Below, piece after piece: positions 1 to 9,006 of a stretch of 64,000 bases of DNA. A program made the position numbers and the translations under genes. Source of the stretch: Clostridiales bacterium (GTDB taxonomy: Bacteria; Bacillota; Clostridia; Saccharofermentanales; Saccharofermentanaceae); the NCBI GenBank assembly GCA_017513085.1, contig JAFWDK010000016.1, positions 32,001 through 96,000 of the forward strand, in the 5' to 3' direction. The notes beneath the pieces are model-generated. The model searched no databases. It was not told the origin of the DNA and saw only the letters and a program-made list of their open reading frames with translations. Positions within the stretch are counted from its first letter, which is position 1. Each line of letters begins with the position of its first letter.

Positions 1-820
1 CCTTGGTCTTCTCCCAGGTTCTTACGAAGTTGATGAACTGCGGGAATACGATCGCCGCGCTCTCGATCTCTTTCGCCCATCTCTTGACCCACTCGAGAGA
101 TACGAATCCATCGTATCCATTCTTATCCAGAAGCTCGAAAAGCTCTTCCAGCGGAAGATCTCCATGACCCGGCAGACGATAAGCCACCGTGCCGTCTTCT
201 TCCTTGATGGAGTCCTTGACATGAATGTAGCGGACAAGGTCACCGACATTTGCCCATGTGGTCTCGACGGACTCACCGAAATAACGGAACGGGTGATGTA
301 CGTCCCAGAGTACTTTTACATAAGGAGAATCGACTGCATCGATGAGTTTTCTCAGACGCGCGGTATCGGCATAGACACCATTGGTCTCAACAAGGAGAGT
401 GACATTCTTGCCTTCGCACAGAGGAGCCAGATTCTTAAGAGCAGCAACGATTTTCTCATCATCGACTTCTCCTTCCGGAGCCGGATGCGCATCCGCAAGG
501 ATACGTACATAGGAAGCACCGCACTTGTTGGCAAGTGCAACATATTCACCGATTTCTGTAGGCGCGATCTTCGCACCATCTTCATATGCCAGAACACAGT
601 TACTGGAGAAGCATGGAATCTCCAAACCAAGCTTTCTAAGGTTTTCCATCGTGCGGTCCACTTCCGACGGAAGGAACGGCTTCGCATGGGATGCTGTGAT
701 CTCCTCACCCAATCCTCTGATCTCGATTCCTGCATATCCCAGGTCATGGGCCATCGGATAAATGTCTTTCCACGACCACTCAGGGCATGCTAATGTGGAA
801 AACGCAAGTTTCATAGCCAT
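1..820 (-). CDS. Sugar-phosphate isomerase/epimerase-like TIM-barrel protein (AP endonuclease 2 family); runs off the left edge
   Basis: Not in the ORF track because it has no stop inside the window. Manual translation from ATG at 820 gives MAMKLAFSTLACPEWSWKDIYPMAHDLGYAGIEIRGLG and the frame ends ...IVFPQFINFVRTWEKTK at the edge. GGAGG SD upstream. Confidence 0.75.
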   Translation of the reverse strand, partial: MAMKLAFSTLACPEWSWKDIYPMAHDLGYAGIEIRGLGEEITASHAKPFLPSEVDRTMENLRKLGLEIPCFSSNCVLAYEDGAKIAPTEIGEYVALANKCGASYVRILADAHPAPEGEVDDEKIVAALKNLAPLCEGKNVTLLVETNGVYADTARLRKLIDAVDSPYVKVLWDVHHPFRYFGESVETTWANVGDLVRYIHVKDSIKEEDGTVAYRLPGHGDLPLEELFELLDKNGYDGFVSLEWVKRWAKEIESAAIVFPQFINFVRTWEKTK

Positions 821-1042
821 AAAGAAAACCTCCGGTTTAAGGTCGTCTGCTCCGGGAATCTGCCTGAAAGAATCATTTCTACGAAAAATCACGCCATTCC
901 TACAGCATACAACTAATTAGAATGGCTCTAGAATACACCCAAAAAAACGAAAATGAAAAGAGGAAAAGTGCTTTTGCAGAAAGAAAGGCAAAAAAGCGAA
1001 AGAAAATGCAAAGTCCTATGACCTAACTCCAATCTTAAACTC

Positions 1043-2917
1043 TCAGATATTCTTGGCAAACAAAGCATCAAGATCCGTTTCCGGAACCGGGCGGCCCCAG
1101 ATATATCCCTGAATAAAATCGCAATCATACTTGACCAGAAGTGCAAGTTTTCTCTCCTCGTCCACACCTTCGGCGACCGTTACCATCTTCATCTGGTGCA
1201 CCAGACTGATGATCGAACCGACCATGAGACGCTGTGTGTCTTTCGCGGGTAATTCATCAATGAAAGACTTATCGATCTTCAACACACTGATCGGCAACTG
1301 ACGGAGATAATTCATGGAAGAATAACCGGTACCAAAGTCATCGAGCGCGATGGAAATACGTAAAGAGGAAACATCCTTCAGAATCGAGATCGCATGATCA
1401 AGATTGGAAACCAGAACAGATTCCGTGATCTCAAATTCAAGTTTCTTCGGATCGACCTGCGTTTTGCTGAGGATACTCTTGACGGACTGCAAAAACTGCG
1501 GCGACATCAACTGTACGGCAGAAATATTGACCGACATCGTACCATCCCAGTGGTACTTCTCACTATACTCTTTCAATGTCCGGCACGCAGTCTCCAGGAC
1601 CCATTCGCCAAGAGGCACGATGAAGCCGACCGTCTCGGCCACCGGGATAAACTCCATCGGGCTGACCTCGCCGAGTTTAGTGTTCTTCCATCTGCAAAGT
1701 GCCTCAAAGCCGCGCAGGTTCTTTGTCTTCGTATCGAACTGCGGCTGATAACAAAGATACAGTTCATTGTTGTTGATTGCAGACAACAACTGTCCTTCAT
1801 ACTTGATCCTCCGCACGATCTCGTCCTTCATTTCCCTTCTGTAGAACTGGACCATGTTCTTACCGTACTCTTTCGCCTTATACATAGCGGTTTCCGCGCA
1901 TTTGATCAATTCCGCCGAGGTTTCACCGTCCTGCGGAAAAAGCGCTATACCGAAACTGGCGCTCATCTTGTAATCGGAGTCTTCGAGTGTAAACATCTGT
2001 TTAAAAGAATCCCTGACGGATTCCACATAGGAAAGGATGTCTCCCTCATCCAGAGGTCTTTGGATCAAAATGGCGAATTCATCACCGCCCCATCTTCCCA
2101 GCATATCTTCTTCCGATATGATAGTTGTCAGTCGGGTGCTGACTGCCTGAAGCATCAGATCTCCAACACGATGGCCGATAGTATCGTTGATTTTTTTAAA
2201 GTTATCCAGGTCGATATACACCAGGGCAAACGACATATTCTTATTTGCCAGCAGACTGATCAGAAGATCCATGCGGGCGGATATTTTGACACGATTCGGA
2301 AGTCCCGTCAGTGCATCAAAGTGGTTCATCTGATAGAGCCGCTCTTCGTTTTCCTTCATTGCACGGTTGTACTCGGTAAGAAGAGAATTCTGCCGCTCGG
2401 TCTCTTCCTCGCGTGCCTGGATTTCAATATTGGCTTTTTCCAGATCTGCTGTCTTCTTCTTGGATTTTTCTATCTCCTGCGCGATACGTCGGTTATAGGC
2501 CATAACGACAGAAACGATAAGAAGACTCAATGCCGTGGTCGCTAAACCGTTCACTGCATACTGGTCATCAAAGCGGATGAGGTTAAATACAGTCATTGCC
2601 ATCTGCAGGCACGTTACTACGAGGACTGCCCGAAAGCCTTTACGGTTCAGCCATTGAACGATCAGGACAGAAAGAAGGAGCTGGATCAGAGACAAGAATC
2701 CACGCACAGCATGGAGGAATCCCAATTGAGGGATCATCGCCACAATAGGATTGATTACCGCAAAGATCGAAAAAGCAATTATATAAATTACGATCCATAA
2801 TACCGAATGCCGGATCTGTCTTTCCGGATGCAAACTGGTATCGATGAATCGCTCGATAAAACTACTGGAACTTCCGTATTCCTTATTATTTGAATTTTCA
2901 GGTTCGCCTGACATCAT
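1043..2917 (-). CDS. Membrane-anchored GGDEF-EAL diguanylate cyclase/phosphodiesterase
   Basis: N-terminal TM helices, DALTGLPNR, WGGDEF, YQPQ...EAL, DDFGTGYSS motifs. Confidence 0.95.
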   Translation of the reverse strand: MMSGEPENSNNKEYGSSSSFIERFIDTSLHPERQIRHSVLWIVIYIIAFSIFAVINPIVAMIPQLGFLHAVRGFLSLIQLLLSVLIVQWLNRKGFRAVLVVTCLQMAMTVFNLIRFDDQYAVNGLATTALSLLIVSVVMAYNRRIAQEIEKSKKKTADLEKANIEIQAREEETERQNSLLTEYNRAMKENEERLYQMNHFDALTGLPNRVKISARMDLLISLLANKNMSFALVYIDLDNFKKINDTIGHRVGDLMLQAVSTRLTTIISEEDMLGRWGGDEFAILIQRPLDEGDILSYVESVRDSFKQMFTLEDSDYKMSASFGIALFPQDGETSAELIKCAETAMYKAKEYGKNMVQFYRREMKDEIVRRIKYEGQLLSAINNNELYLCYQPQFDTKTKNLRGFEALCRWKNTKLGEVSPMEFIPVAETVGFIVPLGEWVLETACRTLKEYSEKYHWDGTMSVNISAVQLMSPQFLQSVKSILSKTQVDPKKLEFEITESVLVSNLDHAISILKDVSSLRISIALDDFGTGYSSMNYLRQLPISVLKIDKSFIDELPAKDTQRLMVGSIISLVHQMKMVTVAEGVDEERKLALLVKYDCDFIQGYIWGRPVPETDLDALFAKNI

Positions 2918-3100
2918 ACCCTTTTCTCCCCAAGCGCCATTTTATTCATTGTCGTATCTGAATCCAAGCACAGTATATCCGATTCGTGAACGTTTTGTAA
3001 AATCGCATCTTTTCGGAATCCTTGGGTGTTCCGGAGAATGCTTCAGATGCACGTTTTCCGTTTTCAAGAAAATGCTATAATGTTCCGAAGGAGGTCTACC

Positions 3101-3745
3101 ATGTTTATTCCCAAAGCAGCCATTTTTGATCTGGATGGTACTCTCCTGGATTCGATGTGGATCTGGAGATTACTGGATGAAGAATTTCTCCGCCGGCGCG
3201 GAATCACTTGTACGCAGGATTACACCGATGCCATCAAAGGCATGGGGTGGCTCGAAGGCGCCGAATATACCGTCTCGCGTTATCATCTTTCCGAAACACC
3301 GGAAGAAGTCATGAATACATGGTTCGCGATGTCTGCAGATTTCTATACGCATCGCGTGAAGATGAAACCATACGCCAAAGAGTATCTTCAGCTACTTGAA
3401 GAAAAGCACGTTCCCATGGCAATCGCCACCTCCATGGAGCCTCAGGCAAATATCGGCCTGGTCCTTTCCGCTCATGGGATCACTTCTCTTTTTCAAAACA
3501 TAACCCTCTCCACAGAAGTATCCCGTGGAAAGGGTTTTCCGGATATTTACGAACTTGCGGCTTCCCGTCTGGGCATACCGCCGTCGGATTGCACCGTCTT
3601 CGAAGACATACTTGTCGCCATACGCGGGGCCTCTTCCGGCGGATTTCAGACTGTAGGCATTTTTGACTCCGTATCGGAAAATGACTGGTCTCAGATTCAA
3701 AAAGAAGCGACCCACACGGCCCGTTCCTGGCAGGAACTGCTCTGA
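3101..3745 (+). CDS. HAD-family phosphatase
   Basis: FDLDGTLLDS motif I, FED motif. Start placed at 3101 after GGAGG SD; TGCTATAAT extended -10 at 3073-3081. Confidence 0.9.
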   Translation: MFIPKAAIFDLDGTLLDSMWIWRLLDEEFLRRRGITCTQDYTDAIKGMGWLEGAEYTVSRYHLSETPEEVMNTWFAMSADFYTHRVKMKPYAKEYLQLLEEKHVPMAIATSMEPQANIGLVLSAHGITSLFQNITLSTEVSRGKGFPDIYELAASRLGIPPSDCTVFEDILVAIRGASSGGFQTVGIFDSVSENDWSQIQKEATHTARSWQELL

Positions 3746-3751
3746 TCCGCG

Positions 3752-4984
3752 TTATACCCGTCGGATCTCCATCGCCTCTTCCTCACTGTCCACATAGATG
3801 ATTTCATGTTTGGACTTCCTGCCGTGGATAGCACCATACACACCGCAAAGCCCGGTGATCAGCGCCACACCGCTTACGATCAGCATCTCAGCCCAGAAAA
3901 CGACATATTGCTCGGCAAGTCTGGCCGACCGTTCATGGAACGGGATCATCGCGCCATTGAGTTTACTCACGGATGCTTTGAGCGGAAAATACTTATCATA
4001 AAGCCGGAGCGCCTGAAAACGTCCTGTATTGTTGACGATCTCCAATACTGCACTTTCCTCCTGATATCCGACCGCATCACTCATCGCTTTCACAAGATCA
4101 TTATATGCAATATTCTTGATCGGATCGGTCAGAAGCACTTCATAGCAGGTGACCGCCAGATCTGTTTCTTTTACCGTACTGCTTGCTGATTCGCTGGTAT
4201 CGGGATTGGATGATCCATTGATCAGCCGGGCCAGCTGTCCAAAAGAAACATAGGCCCTTGGTTTCGTCACGCCGGTCGCCTCCGCGATGGAATCGTCACC
4301 TTCACATACTACTCCGATCACTTCGTACATATTTTGCCCAATCTGCACGTTCGCTCCGAGAACGTTATAAGAATGGAAAAGATTCCATGCCATTTGGGTA
4401 TTCAGGACGATCGAATACCGGTCTGCTTCTTCTGCCAGGAAACCACCGCTTTCATAGCGGAACGGATGGACTGTGGCATAATTACCGCCTACACCGACAA
4501 TTTCGGCGGATGTTACCGCACCACGTTCCTGCTTTTCCAAGAATCCCTTAGCCGGGTAATAAGCGGACGAGGAATAACAATCCTCCCATAGGTTTTCCAG
4601 AGAATTCAGCAATGCCTGCGATCTTTGATTGGTCGAATTGTTCGAGCGTTCTGCTATATCCAGAGCGTCATGGAGCTGCTGAACATTTTCCAGATCCAAA
4701 CCTCCGGAATACTTCAGCGGCGCAGAACCATCGTCGGATTCTTTTCCTTTTGAGATGACCGTCAGCTTACGATAGGGCATTTTCGACGAACCGAAAACCT
4801 CTGCGCCATATTGCAGGAACTGGCCATCGAGGACATGTCGGATCCGGATCACGGAAGCAACAGAAAGCGTGAGACTTGCCGCAACCACAACAAACGGGAT
4901 CGAGATCGCGACATAGTGCCACGTCCGGCATATGGCTGACCAACGGTTATGGAAGAATCTCTTAAGCTTGGACTTTAATTCCAT
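3752..4984 (-). CDS. MacB-like periplasmic core domain membrane protein (ABC permease-associated)
   Basis: N- and C-terminal TM helices around a GGFL...IVLNTQMAWNLF...VLG...YEVIGV MacB-like core. Confidence 0.7.
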   Translation of the reverse strand: MELKSKLKRFFHNRWSAICRTWHYVAISIPFVVVAASLTLSVASVIRIRHVLDGQFLQYGAEVFGSSKMPYRKLTVISKGKESDDGSAPLKYSGGLDLENVQQLHDALDIAERSNNSTNQRSQALLNSLENLWEDCYSSSAYYPAKGFLEKQERGAVTSAEIVGVGGNYATVHPFRYESGGFLAEEADRYSIVLNTQMAWNLFHSYNVLGANVQIGQNMYEVIGVVCEGDDSIAEATGVTKPRAYVSFGQLARLINGSSNPDTSESASSTVKETDLAVTCYEVLLTDPIKNIAYNDLVKAMSDAVGYQEESAVLEIVNNTGRFQALRLYDKYFPLKASVSKLNGAMIPFHERSARLAEQYVVFWAEMLIVSGVALITGLCGVYGAIHGRKSKHEIIYVDSEEEAMEIRRV

Positions 4985-6666
4985 TACATACTCTCCCCTT
5001 GGGCCAGACGGACCTGTTCACCATTCTTGATCGGTTTCTCCGTTCGTACGATACAGTACGCAAAACTGATGCCGGCACCTTCGATCGCGCAGGATGTCGC
5101 GTCTTCCGCTACGACTTTAACAGGGACTTTTCTGGCAATATAGCGCTCACCCAAAGGCGAATTCTTTGTCACCAGAATGTAGATAAAATCACCTTCCGAA
5201 TCCTGCTGAACAGCCCCCTTCGGTACTACACACTCATACTGACGGTTCGATGTGGAGATCGTACAAGTTACGGTGGTCGTTCCCGGCATCAGCCAGCTAC
5301 CGGTAACATTGATCTTTACGATACAGGATTTCATCGGGTCGGCAGGATCAGGGCGGATCGAGTCAACAACCGCTGAATCACAGTAATCCGTACGGACTTC
5401 CATACCCGGATTCATGCCCATTGCCAATTCTCTTTCCACCGGGCACTCGATATAAAAACCGGATTCCATATCTGCGATCTCGAACATGACCTCATCTTTC
5501 ATGACATCTTGTCCACGAGAGACATTGCAAGCAATCAGGCATCCGGAGATCGGCGCCTTGATTTCGGTCAACGCATAGAAGTCTTCGAGCTCCTTGATTT
5601 CTTTTTCCATATCCTCCAGTTCTTTTTGCGTCTGGAGTTCATGATCTTTGGCCTTGTCGCTGTTGATGGAATCGTTCGCCTGTGCATCGGAAAGCGTATT
5701 CTGGCTCGTCGTCAAGGCATGCTCGGCATCGCGCACTGCCTTCTCCGCATCTTCCGCTTTCGGCAACTGCTCAAGAATACCAAGCTGGGTCTGCGCTTCC
5801 TCCAGATCAGACTGAAGTCTTGTCGACTCGGTTTCTTTTGCCGTGATCTGGTTTGCGTAATCGATGACCTGATTCGAAGCCGCCTGATATGCCGCATTCA
5901 TATTATTCACCGCTTGCTGGGCATCTTCTACCGCTTTCGTGCAGGCGGTAAGTCTGTCCGCATCGAACATCGGATCATCCGGATCGGTGATGCACTGACG
6001 AAGAGCGATCTGAGCCTGCAGAAGTTTATCGTTCAATTCCGGAAGCGCCGCATAGGCTTCATCTCTTCTTCCTTCCGCTTCCTGCTTTTTTGACTCCAGG
6101 CTGCCCTTATCCGTCTCGGCCTTATTGATAAGATTATTGATATTGGCAATGTTATTCTTCTCCTGCTGGATCAAAGTTTCTTTGTTTCTCACCTGTTCCA
6201 GAGTCTTTCTGGCTTCGTCAAGCTGCTTCTTTGCCATTTCAATAGAAGAATTGTAGTCATAGTAATCCGTCGGACGCTTCGGCTCGCGTTTTTCATACTC
6301 GATCTCTTTCTTTCTGTCCTCGAGTGCTTTTTTCTTTTCTTCGAGGTCCTTCATGTTTTCCGGAGTCTTCAATGTAGCGATCACATCTCCTTTTTCCACG
6401 TCGGAATAAAGATATGCATCCACGGAATCAATGGAAATGTTACCGGGCGCCTTGATCTCCTGGGTGACAGCTGCTTTGACCATGCCTTCCGTCTTTTTGA
6501 TGGAACTCAGAGTCGAACCATAGATCTGCATGGTACTGACCTGCGTCAACGTCATGTTCATGATCGTGTTCGAAAAAAACGTAAGTAAACCCATCACGAC
6601 GAGAAAGATTATAAATCCTCGAATGATCCACTTTCTGCTTTTCTTTTTCGTTCTAACTTCAGACAT
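4984..6666 (-). CDS. HlyD/RND-type membrane fusion (periplasmic adaptor) protein with very long coiled coil
   Basis: N-terminal TM, split lipoyl-like halves (VEKGDVIATL ... IKAPISG), about 270-aa coiled coil, C-terminal VVPKGAV. Start at 6666 fits GGAGGT SD. Confidence 0.8.
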   Translation of the reverse strand: MSEVRTKKKSRKWIIRGFIIFLVVMGLLTFFSNTIMNMTLTQVSTMQIYGSTLSSIKKTEGMVKAAVTQEIKAPGNISIDSVDAYLYSDVEKGDVIATLKTPENMKDLEEKKKALEDRKKEIEYEKREPKRPTDYYDYNSSIEMAKKQLDEARKTLEQVRNKETLIQQEKNNIANINNLINKAETDKGSLESKKQEAEGRRDEAYAALPELNDKLLQAQIALRQCITDPDDPMFDADRLTACTKAVEDAQQAVNNMNAAYQAASNQVIDYANQITAKETESTRLQSDLEEAQTQLGILEQLPKAEDAEKAVRDAEHALTTSQNTLSDAQANDSINSDKAKDHELQTQKELEDMEKEIKELEDFYALTEIKAPISGCLIACNVSRGQDVMKDEVMFEIADMESGFYIECPVERELAMGMNPGMEVRTDYCDSAVVDSIRPDPADPMKSCIVKINVTGSWLMPGTTTVTCTISTSNRQYECVVPKGAVQQDSEGDFIYILVTKNSPLGERYIARKVPVKVVAEDATSCAIEGAGISFAYCIVRTEKPIKNGEQVRLAQGESM

Positions 6667-6698
6667 TGCTGTACCTCCTGGCAACTCTCACCAAATCC

Positions 6699-7769
6699 TT
6701 ATTTGATTCCCGAACGGGATATACCTTCCACCAGATACTGCTCTCCGTACAGGAAGATCAGAAGCGGCGGAACCATGAATATAAACGAAGCGGCAAAGGC
6801 CACACCGACCTCGGACGCATTGATCTGCGAAAGAAAGACCGACAACGGCTGCTTACCGGCATCCTCTAGAAGGATCAACGGTTGCTCGACCATATTCCAG
6901 TAGTCGATAAAAAGCAGGATCGCCATCGCATAGATCGCACTCTTACACATCGGCAGACATATCTTCGTAAAGATATTCCACTCATTCGCGCCATCCAGCT
7001 TGGCCGCCTCAATGTAGGAAGACGGGATCTGGCGCATATATTTACTAAGAAGGAAAATACTGAACGTCGAGAAAATACCCGGCAGTATGATCGACCACCA
7101 AGTGTTATAGATCCCCAGTTTATTGGCGATCAGATAATTCGGAACCAGAGTGACCTGAAAAGGCATGAGCATCAGGATCACGTACGAAAAGAAGAGCACT
7201 TCTCTTCTCTTTTTACGGTAGCGGGCAAAGCTATAGGAAGCCAGGCATCCGATCATGATCTGGCCCAGCACGATCGGCACGACCAGAGCAACAGAGTTCC
7301 AGAATTTCAAAAGGTATGTCGGGCTCAGGAAAAGCAGCGTCTTATACTGACTGAAGGAAACAGAGTCCGGAATCATTTTCAATTTCGGTGTCGTGGAAAG
7401 ATAGGTCTTTGTCTCGGCCGAAGCGGAGGAAAGACTGTTATAGACTGCGCTGTAATTGGTCTTGATCTCATCTGTCGACATGAACGAATCCAGGATCGTC
7501 AGAACGATCGGCATCAGTGCGAAGATCGCAACAAGAGTTGCCAGCAAAAGTCCGAGACATGTCCAGACTCTTCCGGTCGCCTTTCGGATCTTGGCCTGAC
7601 GCTTCGCTACGGCTCTTCCCTTCTCGTGCCGTCTCTCCAATTCCTCTTCGGAAAGGCGGACGATCTCAACATCTTTCAGCTCGCGGATCGACGCATGCTC
7701 ATGTTCCATTTCTTCGTGAGAAGCACCATCATTACGTATCTGCAGTGGAGTAATCGCATTCTTCTTCAT
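6699..7769 (-). CDS. Carbohydrate ABC transporter permease (MalG/UgpE-like)
   Basis: EAA motif YIEAAKLDGANEWNIF, 6 TM. Confidence 0.9.
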   Translation of the reverse strand: MKKNAITPLQIRNDGASHEEMEHEHASIRELKDVEIVRLSEEELERRHEKGRAVAKRQAKIRKATGRVWTCLGLLLATLVAIFALMPIVLTILDSFMSTDEIKTNYSAVYNSLSSASAETKTYLSTTPKLKMIPDSVSFSQYKTLLFLSPTYLLKFWNSVALVVPIVLGQIMIGCLASYSFARYRKKRREVLFFSYVILMLMPFQVTLVPNYLIANKLGIYNTWWSIILPGIFSTFSIFLLSKYMRQIPSSYIEAAKLDGANEWNIFTKICLPMCKSAIYAMAILLFIDYWNMVEQPLILLEDAGKQPLSVFLSQINASEVGVAFAASFIFMVPPLLIFLYGEQYLVEGISRSGIK

Positions 7770-7772
7770 ACC

Positions 7773-8702
7773 TTACTCCTCCGTATCCCGTCCGAGTCTG
7801 TTCTCTGCAATAAACAGCACACCGACGATGATGATCATGGCAATACACATAATGATCGCTGCAGCGGTAAGCTTCGCGTTGTCCAGATGGGAGAACATAT
7901 TATTCATGAAATTCTGAAGCATATAGAGAGCATCTACAGGATAATCACCGGTAAGAAGATATACTTCACGGAAGATCTTAAATGAGTTGATCAGGGACAT
8001 GATCCCGACAAAGAAGATCGTCGGCCACAGGTATGGAAGTTTAATACTGAAAAAGCGCTTGACGGCATTCGCTCCGTCCATCTTGGCAGATTCCAGCTGT
8101 TCCTGCGGCACTGCCGAAATCGCGGAGATAAAAAGCACCATATTATAGCCGAGGTTCTTCCACAGGAACAAGATCAGGATCACAAGCCTGGACCAGTCAG
8201 ACTTCATCCAGTCGATCTTATCGATTCCGAACCAGCCCATGTATGTATTCAAAGCACCGTTATAACTGAACATGACCTGCCAGATCAATACGATCGAAGC
8301 AACCGGTACCATCATCGGGTTCAGCATGATGCTTCGGAATACACTTTTTCCCGGAAGTTTGGAACTCAGAAGCAAAGCAAGAAGCAGCGCCAGAAGCACG
8401 GCCAGCGGTACAGCCAGTCCGGCAAAGATCAGAGTGTTTTTTGCTGCGCTTTGGAACGCCTGGTTGTTCCAGACATTGACATAATTCTCAACACCTACGA
8501 ATTCTGTATTCGTTGCGCTTCTCTGAAAAGATTGGACCAGAACGATAAGCATCGGTCCGAAGAAAAAAAGCAGGACACCGAGAAGGCTTGGCGTCAGATA
8601 ACCTGTAAAAATGACCCACTCACGGAAGTTTCTCTTTCTTCTTCCTCTAATCCGTCTTTTTCGTACTTCATCTGGATTATATTCGTGAGTAGCCATTGGC
8701 AT
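7773..8702 (-). CDS. Carbohydrate ABC transporter permease (MalF/UgpA-like)
   Basis: FVGVENY, WKNLGYNMVLF, ESAKMDGA EAA motif. Confidence 0.9.
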   Translation of the reverse strand: MPMATHEYNPDEVRKRRIRGRRKRNFREWVIFTGYLTPSLLGVLLFFFGPMLIVLVQSFQRSATNTEFVGVENYVNVWNNQAFQSAAKNTLIFAGLAVPLAVLLALLLALLLSSKLPGKSVFRSIMLNPMMVPVASIVLIWQVMFSYNGALNTYMGWFGIDKIDWMKSDWSRLVILILFLWKNLGYNMVLFISAISAVPQEQLESAKMDGANAVKRFFSIKLPYLWPTIFFVGIMSLINSFKIFREVYLLTGDYPVDALYMLQNFMNNMFSHLDNAKLTAAAIIMCIAMIIIVGVLFIAENRLGRDTEE

Positions 8703-8785
8703 TGTCCTTTGAGATTAATATTTTTTGAGACGAAACAATATGCTAATGACATTCTATCATAAGCTACTATGTTTGTATCTATTTC

Positions 8786-8917
8786 AAAATGAGGAGGGGG
8801 TGGGAGCGAGGGGGGTGATCCTCGCTCCCGGGGTATGAAAGTAAATAGAAGATAGTAAAGGTTCTCATTCTATTTGATCGATGGGAGAATGGGTTTGGAG
8901 GATGCTCTCCCTTCGAC
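8786..8917 (-). ncRNA. Candidate C-rich small RNA (three hairpins)
   Basis: Minus-strand stems GGGAGA/TCTCCC, AAATAGAA/TTCTATTT and GGGAGCGAGG/CCTCGCTCCC with CCTCC/CCCC unpaired segments; upstream -10-like element and direct repeats. Confidence 0.45.
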
Positions 8918-8938
8918 AATTTTATTCTCGCATTCGGG

Positions 8939-8979
8939 AATGACTATCAAGTGACCTTTAAGTGACAGATTTGTCACTT
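8939..8979 (-). promoter_or_regulatory. Three GTCA(C/T)T direct repeats at 11-bp period plus one inverted copy; likely OmpR/PhoB-type regulator site
   Basis: + strand TGAC at 8941, 8952, 8963; inverted GTCACTT at 8973-8979. Confidence 0.55.
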
Positions 8980-9006
8980 TCCCGAAAGCTGCTGAAATCA
9001 CTACGT

